Virus record (IMG/VR): IMGVR_UViG_651703099_000001
Coordinates: 1 to 64,000 of that record
Length of the DNA stretch: 64,000 nucleotides
Origin: a virus
Taxonomy: Duplodnaviria > Caudoviricetes
Strand: one strand, 5' to 3'
Both the position numbers and the translations under genes were made by a program. The notes under the pieces are model-generated. The model was given only the letters and a program-made list of their open reading frames with translations, had not been told where the DNA came from and searched no databases. This document shows, in pieces, positions 57,584 to 64,000 of this stretch. Within the stretch, counting starts at the first letter, position 1. Every line of letters begins with the position of its first letter.

Positions 57584-59188
57584 ATGGCAGTCTCCCCCGC
57601 GACCCTGCGTGCCATCAAGGCCGCACCCCTTTCTGCGCTTGTCGAAGCTACTGGTGCCCAGCTCAAGCGAGTCGGGCACGAGTTTCTGACGCAATGCCTC
57701 TGGCATGACGACAAGAACCCGTCGCTGACGATCAATGATGACAAAGGCTTTTGCTTTTGCCACGTGTGCCGTGGCGGCGGTGACGCTATCGACTACCTGG
57801 GCCAACGCCGTGGATTGTCTTGGCGCGAAGCTGCAGAAGCGGCCGCCGATATTCTCGGAGTGCGTTTCGAGACAGACGACGAAGACCCAGAGGTAACTGC
57901 TCGTCGTAATGCCGAGCGGAAGGCCGCCATTGCTATCCTGGAGGCCGAGCAAGACGCCTACAAGGCCAACCTGCGTGCACCCCAGGCAGGACGCATCAGA
58001 GACCTGCTCAGGGCCCGTGGACTGACCGCTGAGGCCGCTCGTGAGTTCGGCATCGGCTTTGCTGCCCAGGGCTTTTTCGCTGGACGCATCACGCTACCGA
58101 TCTACAACCACCGCAATGAGCTGGTGGGCTGGACTGGTCGCGCCACCAAGGAAGATCAGACCGCCAAGTACAAGAACACCGAATCGAACGATTTGTTCGA
58201 TAAGAAAACACTAATTTACAACGAGGTTCGCGCCAAGGAAGCCGCCAGGGAAGCAGGCTCGATCATCTTTGTCGAGGGCCATCTGGACGTGGTCAGCATG
58301 TGGCAGGCTGGCATCCGCAACGTGGTCGCAATGCAGGGCACTGGTGCTCCAGATCCCTTGCTGCTACAGCGCCTGACCCGTAACATAAAGAACATTATAT
58401 TATGCTACGACGGTGATGCTGGCGGTCGCAAAGCTACCGAGCAGTTCATCAAGGTGGCTGGCCCCATGGCCCTCGAGGGCAAGGTCAACCTCAGCGTGGC
58501 CACGCTGCCCGAGGGATCCGATCCTGATGAGGTGATCCGTTCTGGTGGCGACCTGTACAACTACCTAGCCAACGCAGACTCCTGGCTGGATTGGGTGATC
58601 GACACCTGGGCTTCCGCCCTGGACAAGAGCGACACGGCCATGGTCACCGAGGTGGAGCAGAAGCTACGTGCCCTCATCGATGGCCTGCGTTCCAAGGCGC
58701 TGCGCACCCATTACATCGACAAGGCCGCCCGCGTCCTGACCGCTACCGAGAAGGAAGCAGAGAAGCTTGCCAAAGAGTGGGGCAACAGGGAGTTCTTCTC
58801 CTCTGAGGCCGAGTGGACGCCCCGCACGCCCCAGGAGGCCCGTCTGGCTGCTGAGCGTCGTCTGCTGCGCCTGTTTGTACACCGCGCTGCCCTGCGCAAC
58901 CAGCTACTGCCTCTGCTCGAGCGCGTGTATCACCCCGCCCTGCGCTGGCTCTCTGCACGCCTGGTGGAACTGCAGGAGAACTGCCCCCGCGACCTGACCC
59001 CTCACAGTGTCATGGCCGTCGCCCTAGTGGCCGAGCCCCACTACATGGAGCAACTGCGCACTCTCGTGATGCCAAATGTAATAATCGATGAAGACGGACC
59101 CGTGCTTCAGCACCTGGCCAGTATCCTGGAAGATGAAGTGCTGTATCCAGCCACAGATGAACCTGACCCCGATCAGCCACCTGCGTGA
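57584..59188 (+). CDS. dnaG: DNA primase
   Basis: CHC2 finger CLWHDD..PS..CHVC; KYKNT; VEGHLDV; YDGDAGG. Confidence 0.95.
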   Translation: MAVSPATLRAIKAAPLSALVEATGAQLKRVGHEFLTQCLWHDDKNPSLTINDDKGFCFCHVCRGGGDAIDYLGQRRGLSWREAAEAAADILGVRFETDDEDPEVTARRNAERKAAIAILEAEQDAYKANLRAPQAGRIRDLLRARGLTAEAAREFGIGFAAQGFFAGRITLPIYNHRNELVGWTGRATKEDQTAKYKNTESNDLFDKKTLIYNEVRAKEAAREAGSIIFVEGHLDVVSMWQAGIRNVVAMQGTGAPDPLLLQRLTRNIKNIILCYDGDAGGRKATEQFIKVAGPMALEGKVNLSVATLPEGSDPDEVIRSGGDLYNYLANADSWLDWVIDTWASALDKSDTAMVTEVEQKLRALIDGLRSKALRTHYIDKAARVLTATEKEAEKLAKEWGNREFFSSEAEWTPRTPQEARLAAERRLLRLFVHRAALRNQLLPLLERVYHPALRWLSARLVELQENCPRDLTPHSVMAVALVAEPHYMEQLRTLVMPNVIIDEDGPVLQHLASILEDEVLYPATDEPDPDQPPA

Positions 59189-60428
59189 CGAGGTGCGTGA
59201 TCTCTACGAAGAGATCGGCTCCTACCTCGGCACTGCAGAGGCTCTCTACGCCCGACACCCTGGCTTGGCTAAACCAAACCAGCTTCGTGGCTACATCAAG
59301 ACCGAGCTGAGCGCCCGCGAAATCGACTTTGAGACCGTCGGCGAGAACGTGCGCCTGGCTAAGCTGGTTCAGCGTCAAGCAGACGAAGCTCGCATCAAGA
59401 ACAAGTCGTTCCGCGAGCACGCCCGCATCGAGAACGCCGTCATCGCCTACAACGAGGCCCTAGTGGCTGAACTGGAGCAGGTGGGCGAGAGCATGCAAGG
59501 CTGCGATCGTCGCAGTGGTCCCCTCGACCCACAGGCTGCCGCCATGGTGATCCACCTGAGCGACAACCACTTCAACGAGCTGGTTAACCTGCCGACCAAC
59601 CGCTTCGACTTCCAGGTCGCAGCAAAGCGTCTGCAACTGCTGGCCCAGAAGGCTAAGACCTTCGGCAAGGCATACGGCGTCGAGCGTGTGGTGGTGTTCT
59701 TCGGGGGCGACCTGATGAACAGCGACCGCCGCCTGGACGAGTTGCTGGCCATGAGCACCAACCGTGCCAAGGCCACCCTGCTGGCAGTCCACCTGTACAA
59801 GCAGTTCCTCCAGGACCTGCGTGCCGACTTCTTTGTCGACTGCTTCGGCGTTACCGGCAACGAGTCCCGCGCCAAGGAGAATCTGGGCTGGGTGGACGTG
59901 GTTGCAACTGACAACTACGACTTCACCATTTTCAGCATGCTGCAGGTGATCTTCGAGGCCGTCGAAGACAAGGGCATGCGGTTCCACGACTTCAACGCCA
60001 ACGAGGTCGTGTTCAGGCTGCACAACGAGACCTTCCTGGGCGTGCATGGCCACCAGGTCAATGCCACCGACCAAAAGAAGTGCCAGGCCATCATCGGCAA
60101 GTATGCTGCCAAGGGGATCAACATCAGCCACATCCTCTGCGGCCACATCCACGCCACCGTTGTCTCCGACTATGTTTCGCGTAACGCTTCCTTGGTTGGC
60201 TCCAATGCCTACTCAGAAGAGGCTCTGGGCTTCGTCAGTAAGGCTGCGCAAAATGTCCACCTTGTTACACCCCAAGGACTGGACGGTATCAAGTGTGACC
60301 TTCAGAACATCGAAGGGGTCGATGGTTACGATATCATCGAAGCACTTGAGGCCTACAATGCTCGTTCGGCCGAAAAGGCTCACGAAGCTATGGTTGAGCC
60401 TCAGACGATTATTCGCGTGGTGATCTGA
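59157..60428 (+). CDS. Phage metallophosphoesterase
   Basis: SDNH, GGD, GNE, HGH, GHIH after an N-terminal coiled coil. Confidence 0.85.
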   Translation: MNLTPISHLRDEVRDLYEEIGSYLGTAEALYARHPGLAKPNQLRGYIKTELSAREIDFETVGENVRLAKLVQRQADEARIKNKSFREHARIENAVIAYNEALVAELEQVGESMQGCDRRSGPLDPQAAAMVIHLSDNHFNELVNLPTNRFDFQVAAKRLQLLAQKAKTFGKAYGVERVVVFFGGDLMNSDRRLDELLAMSTNRAKATLLAVHLYKQFLQDLRADFFVDCFGVTGNESRAKENLGWVDVVATDNYDFTIFSMLQVIFEAVEDKGMRFHDFNANEVVFRLHNETFLGVHGHQVNATDQKKCQAIIGKYAAKGINISHILCGHIHATVVSDYVSRNASLVGSNAYSEEALGFVSKAAQNVHLVTPQGLDGIKCDLQNIEGVDGYDIIEALEAYNARSAEKAHEAMVEPQTIIRVVI

Positions 60429-60910
60429 TGTACACCGTCGTTCACCTGACAGAGGAAGAGAAGCTCCTTGCCAAGGCAGAGGGGCATCGCCGCCAATCGG
60501 TGAACGAGTCCAGTGGGGTCAAGGGCAGGAACCTTGGCCCCGAGAAGGGGGCCGCTGCTCTTCGCATGCACGTTATCGGTGCTGGCGGCGAGATGGCGGT
60601 GGCCTCCTTGCTTGGACTCAAGGACCACCTCTATCTGGACAAGTCTCCGCGCAGGGGGTCAGCAGACCTGCCGGGGCGCATTGATGTTAAGACGAGGGCC
60701 AAACACTATTACGATCTCCTTTGCCAGAAAGACGAGGAGGACGACAAGGTGCTAGTGTTGGTAACCATTGAAAACAAGGAGATCCGAGTTCATGGCTGGA
60801 TAGAGTCCAGCAAAGCCAAGGACCCAGCCTACTGGCAAGAATTCGTCCCAGGCCGGGGCTGCTATGCCGTCCCCCAATCCACCCTCAATCCGATCGAAAC
60901 CCTCAAATGA
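60428..60910 (+). CDS. Putative PD-(D/E)XK nuclease-like protein
   Basis: GEMAVA...D....IDVKTR. Confidence 0.6.
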   Translation: MYTVVHLTEEEKLLAKAEGHRRQSVNESSGVKGRNLGPEKGAAALRMHVIGAGGEMAVASLLGLKDHLYLDKSPRRGSADLPGRIDVKTRAKHYYDLLCQKDEEDDKVLVLVTIENKEIRVHGWIESSKAKDPAYWQEFVPGRGCYAVPQSTLNPIETLK

Positions 60911-61098
60911 CTGCCACCATCCACACCATCCCGAATTGCCCCTGGTGCATCCGCGCCAAGAAGCTCCTGGAGCTGATGGGGGTCGAATATGAAGAAGTGT
61001 CTGGAAAACACCCAGACTGGCCCACCGCCCCCTATATTGTCCTTGACGGGAATCCTATTGGTGGATTCACAGAACTGGCTAACCACGCCAGGTCCTGA
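60907..61098 (+). CDS. Glutaredoxin
   Basis: CPWC, TAPYI, IGGF. Confidence 0.9.
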   Translation: MTATIHTIPNCPWCIRAKKLLELMGVEYEEVSGKHPDWPTAPYIVLDGNPIGGFTELANHARS

Positions 61099-61199
61099 CC
61101 GTCCAAACCACCCGAGACCATTCTCACACCAACGCAGCCCAGGCCCCCCTGGGCTTTTGCGTTAGTCACTGAAATGGTTGTCGGCAACCGAGCCAACCA

Positions 61200-61802
61200 A
61201 TGCGTCTTTATGTATCCGCACTGCCCATCCTCATCCTGAGCGGCCCCGTTTCAACCGCACAGGTCATCCATCCACCCCTTAAAACCAACCCAATCGTTCC
61301 AGTAGCCAACGTCATTGCCAAGGGCGAGGGCAACTGGGATTCCGTCAACCGTGGCCGAGCAGGCGACACCCCAGGCGGAATCAAATCTCTAACTGGCAAG
61401 TCCTTCTCCAGCCACACCGTCGGCGAAGTACGATCCCTCCAGCGCAGCAGGATCTATGCCGTCGGCCGCTACCAGCTCATTCCCAGCACGCTCTCCTACG
61501 CCGTCCAGAAGGCTGGCGTGCAGGCCAGTGAGCGATTCACCCCAGAGGTGCAGAACCGCCTCCTACAGGCCCTCCTGGATCACAAGCGCCCGTCGATCGG
61601 CGCTTACATCCGCGGGGAACATAACAACCTGGACCTGGCCCTCCGCGCCATGGCCCTCGAGTGGTCATCGGTCGCCTGGACCAGTGGCCGCAGCTACTAC
61701 GGTGGCAGCAACCGCTCTCATGTTACGAGAGATGAAGCAGGGGTTGCACTCCGCAGAGCCAGGGATCTATACTCGGGGAGTCCAATGGAGACATCCCAAT
61801 GA
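61200..61802 (+). CDS. Exported lysozyme-like (GH104-type) protein
   Basis: Signal-like N-terminus; E..., AVGRYQLIPSTL, FTPEVQ, EWSS. Confidence 0.75.
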   Translation: MRLYVSALPILILSGPVSTAQVIHPPLKTNPIVPVANVIAKGEGNWDSVNRGRAGDTPGGIKSLTGKSFSSHTVGEVRSLQRSRIYAVGRYQLIPSTLSYAVQKAGVQASERFTPEVQNRLLQALLDHKRPSIGAYIRGEHNNLDLALRAMALEWSSVAWTSGRSYYGGSNRSHVTRDEAGVALRRARDLYSGSPMETSQ

Positions 61803-61954
61803 AAGACTTCACGGTGATCTACCAGGACTGCAACGGCATCAAGCGCGAGTTCTACGTCAAAGCTGACTCGGTCTGCCATGCTACGCTGTCCGCTCGCGAG
61901 CTACTCCCCCAGTGTGTCGAGATTGTCCGCGTATACCACGACCCCAACTGGTAA
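61799..61954 (+). CDS. Hypothetical protein, 51 aa
   Basis: Hand-translated; ATGA coupling. Confidence 0.55.
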   Translation: MKDFTVIYQDCNGIKREFYVKADSVCHATLSARELLPQCVEIVRVYHDPNW

Positions 61955-61959
61955 CCCTT

Positions 61960-62217
61960 ATGGCTAAAGTATTCAAGGATCCCGAAGCCACCAAGCTTTG
62001 CGACGACATCCGATGGCTCTACAATGTCAATCCCAGGGGAGGCTGGGTAGCAAGACCACGCCACGGAGCCAAGCAAATTGTTGTTGGGCATCCTGATTAT
62101 TGTAACGACCTGGACATTTCAACCCAGGTCGACGCCCTGATCTCGTCCATCAACCACCTGGGACTGGCCGAGGCTATCGGCTACACCGTCGTCAACCTCG
62201 CCTACGACCCTTCATGA
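61960..62217 (+). CDS. Hypothetical protein
   Basis: ORF from ATG 61960. Confidence 0.55.
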   Translation: MAKVFKDPEATKLCDDIRWLYNVNPRGGWVARPRHGAKQIVVGHPDYCNDLDISTQVDALISSINHLGLAEAIGYTVVNLAYDPS

Positions 62218-62450
62218 CCCACCTTTACATCTACCTGTTCCTGGGGGCCCTGGTGGTCCTCTTCCCGAAGGATGCTCTGCTGCTTCCTCATTGGGTCGAG
62301 GCCCAGGTTAAACTTCATTACATCAACGCCAAGATGTTCTGGTGCGCCTGGACCATGCACCGTAAACTAAAGAAGGACTTCGGCGCCCAAGGGTGGCCAG
62401 TCCCGCCTTTCAAGTTCATCCCCATCTGGGACCGCGAGGAATTCAAATGA
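62214..62450 (+). CDS. Small membrane protein
   Basis: N-terminal TM. Confidence 0.55.
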   Translation: MTHLYIYLFLGALVVLFPKDALLLPHWVEAQVKLHYINAKMFWCAWTMHRKLKKDFGAQGWPVPPFKFIPIWDREEFK

Positions 62451-62599
62451 GCTACAACGCCATCCGCAAAAACGGCAAGTCCTACGCCCGCGACGGCCAC
62501 ACCCTTGGAGATTTCGCCAAGCGCACCTCCATCGGCAACGGTAAGCGCAAGCGGGGCTCCTTTAACGGCAAGAAGAAGTATCGCGGTCAGGGCCGTTAA
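62447..62599 (+). CDS. Small basic cyanophage-type protein
   Basis: KRTSIGNG...KKYRGQGR. Confidence 0.65.
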   Translation: MSYNAIRKNGKSYARDGHTLGDFAKRTSIGNGKRKRGSFNGKKKYRGQGR

Positions 62600-62764
62600 T
62601 GCTTCCCACTTTTTCTAACCTTTACCGCCTGAACCTCATGGCTTGTAATAAACCAGACCACCTGCGCTGCCCCAAGTGCAAAAAGCAGGAGGAAGACCAA
62701 TCCACTGAGGCCTTCCGTAAGGCCAACGAAGAAAACCCATCTCGTCTCGAGGCCCGTATCTACG

Positions 62765-62956
62765 ATGTTTAAGTTTCTTTTTGGCCGTACACGTGGCCGC
62801 CAACTGTATCGGGTGCTCTACGTCTTGAAAGGTAGTGACTTTTTCCTGACCGCTGTCGTGGCCGCAACTAGCGAATACGAGGCTCAGAGGGAGTTTGACC
62901 GCCTGTATCCTACGGACTACGTCCGCATTCCTTACAGCACAAAGTTAGTTTCATGA
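62765..62956 (+). CDS. Hypothetical protein
   Basis: ORF; pattern similar to 61799. Confidence 0.5.
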   Translation: MFKFLFGRTRGRQLYRVLYVLKGSDFFLTAVVAATSEYEAQREFDRLYPTDYVRIPYSTKLVS

Positions 62957-63258
62957 TCCCAGTAGTAGGGCCAGTGGTGCAAAACCCTTCCATCCGTCAT
63001 CCCGCGGTGGACATAGCCTGCATCCCAGGTTCCGAAGTTCGTGCTATGGCCAATGGTCATGGCACTTTTCACTGGGACCATGACATGGGCTGGGTGTTCA
63101 CTCAGGGCAACATCTCGATCAGCCACCTTGATCACAAGGGAGTCGATCGGTTCTATACTGTTGGCGAGGTCATCTCAGCCTGCGGATCCACGGGTCGCCT
63201 GTCGGCTGGGCCGCACGTCCACATCGAAGGGCCACCTGAAGTCCTATCACGTTTCTAA
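62953..63258 (+). CDS. M23-like peptidase
   Basis: HPAVD, HL, GSTG..AGPHVH. Confidence 0.8.
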   Translation: MIPVVGPVVQNPSIRHPAVDIACIPGSEVRAMANGHGTFHWDHDMGWVFTQGNISISHLDHKGVDRFYTVGEVISACGSTGRLSAGPHVHIEGPPEVLSRF

Positions 63259-63267
63259 ATGTTTCAC

Positions 63268-63290
63268 AGGGGGCCACGAGCCCCCTTTTT
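63268..63290 (+). terminator. Intrinsic terminator
   Basis: AGGGGGC-CACGA-GCCCCCT followed by a T run. Confidence 0.75.
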
Positions 63291-63345
63291 GCTGCTATAC
63301 TGGTAGAGCCGAAAGGCATCCTAACCCTGCGTCCTTAAACCAGAT

Positions 63346-64000
63346 ATGACCGAATTCCGTCCAACGGCTCCCTCCGCTGAAACCGTGTTTCTTCGGACCT
63401 ACAGCCGCCGCAAGGCAGACGGTACTCGGGAGAATTTTGAAGAGGCGATGCTCCGCACGGTCAACGACATTGCGGAGATTGGCAAGCTCACCCAGGAGGA
63501 ATACGCCCTGGTCCGTGAGCAGGCCCTCGCCCAGCACTCCTTCCCCTCTGGCCGCGCCTTCTGGGTAGCGGGCACCGAGTGGGGGAAGAAGCCTGAGAAT
63601 TTCTCCGGGTACTACAACTGCACATCCACCCACATGACCGATACCACTGCCTTCGGGCTGCTGGTGGACCTGGCCATGCAGGGCTCTGGTACTGGCGCCG
63701 TCCTCGAGCAGGACGTGATCGACAAGCTTCCGCCCGTAGTGCGCAACCTGGAGATCAAGCACGTCTCCGAGGTTGGCAAGGTGGTACCAGGCCGCGAAGA
63801 TACCAAGTGCCTGTGGGACCACGAGGATCTGTTCATCATGGTGGGCGACTCCCGCAAGGGCTGGCGCGATGCCTACATGTCCCTGATCCATGAGGCCACC
63901 AGGAAGGAGGAGGGCACCACCCGCGTGTACGTGCTCCTGGACAACGTGCGTTCCTCGGGGGAAAAGCTCAAGGGCTTCGGCGGCACTGCCAACCCCGTGA
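63346..64000 (+). CDS. nrdJ: Class II (B12-dependent) ribonucleotide reductase, truncated at window end
   Basis: Hand-translated: APSAETVFLRTYSR...PSGRAFW...YYNCTS...LAMQGSGTG...GDSRKGW...LKGFGGTANP. Confidence 0.92.
   Translation, partial: MTEFRPTAPSAETVFLRTYSRRKADGTRENFEEAMLRTVNDIAEIGKLTQEEYALVREQALAQHSFPSGRAFWVAGTEWGKKPENFSGYYNCTSTHMTDTTAFGLLVDLAMQGSGTGAVLEQDVIDKLPPVVRNLEIKHVSEVGKVVPGREDTKCLWDHEDLFIMVGDSRKGWRDAYMSLIHEATRKEEGTTRVYVLLDNVRSSGEKLKGFGGTANPV

Larger units (their letters stand above)
7387..63324 (+). promoter_or_regulatory. Dispersed late-promoter motif GGNANNCTA, about 28 copies, mostly 27-34 nt before start codons
   Basis: Copies at 7387, 8151, 9223, 10952, 11423, 12421, 15751, 18455, 20012, 21541, 22981, 25096, 28254, 29429, 32271, 32942, 33353, 33578, 36120, 36155, 37574, 38745, 41497, 56638, 63315, plus variants. 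Confidence 0.8.
6100..64000. other. Segment B: cyanobacterial siphovirus genome (partial)
   Basis: hli gene, tape measure, tail tube, MCP, TerL, ThyX, NrdJ, two sigma factors; GC-richer. Confidence 0.9.

Noticed and set aside
63295-63891. 198-aa minus-strand ORF
   Set aside because: Antisense to nrdJ, which the track omits because it lacks a stop before the window end
6100-64000. Genome-wide TAG reassignment
   Set aside because: Many genes end in TAG followed directly by a promoter motif and a new gene; long genes are intact under code 11; no suppressor tRNA seen
6100-64000. Portal or integrase gene
   Set aside because: No ORF with a recognisable portal or recombinase signature; they may lie outside the window, so lifestyle is not assigned

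Overview
The window is bacteriophage DNA and appears to join two unrelated genomes near position 6100. Bases 1-~6100 are AT-richer and look like a Bacteroidota phage: a TTTG/TAnnTTTG promoter, a spanin-like pair, a metallophosphoesterase, a C5 DNA methyltransferase in an integron-cassette-like unit, a GH-A-like glycoside hydrolase, DUF3310 and a UVR-domain protein. Bases ~6100-64000 are a GC-richer cyanobacterial siphovirus (hli gene present). It carries head-tail connector, tail tube, tape measure, tail-tip, many fibre, scaffold, capsid and endolysin genes. It also carries a replication initiator with DnaB and an iteron origin, an SSAP, SSB, two sigma factors, ThyX, terminase, primase and a class II RNR cut off at the window end. 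Main observations: (1) a GGNANNCTA motif about 27-34 nt upstream of nearly every late gene, probably read by a phage SigF/SigB-like sigma lacking region 4; (2) an in-frame amber stop between the tail tube protein and an extra beta-domain (probable readthrough); (3) a -1 frameshift tail chaperone in an unusual position; (4) a ~12% Cys tail-region protein with Cys-rich partners; (5) fibre proteins with matching C-terminal and N-terminal motifs; (6) a promoter-driven structured RNA candidate after terminase; (7) attC-like sites around the methyltransferase. All calls come from reading motifs by eye; no searches were run.
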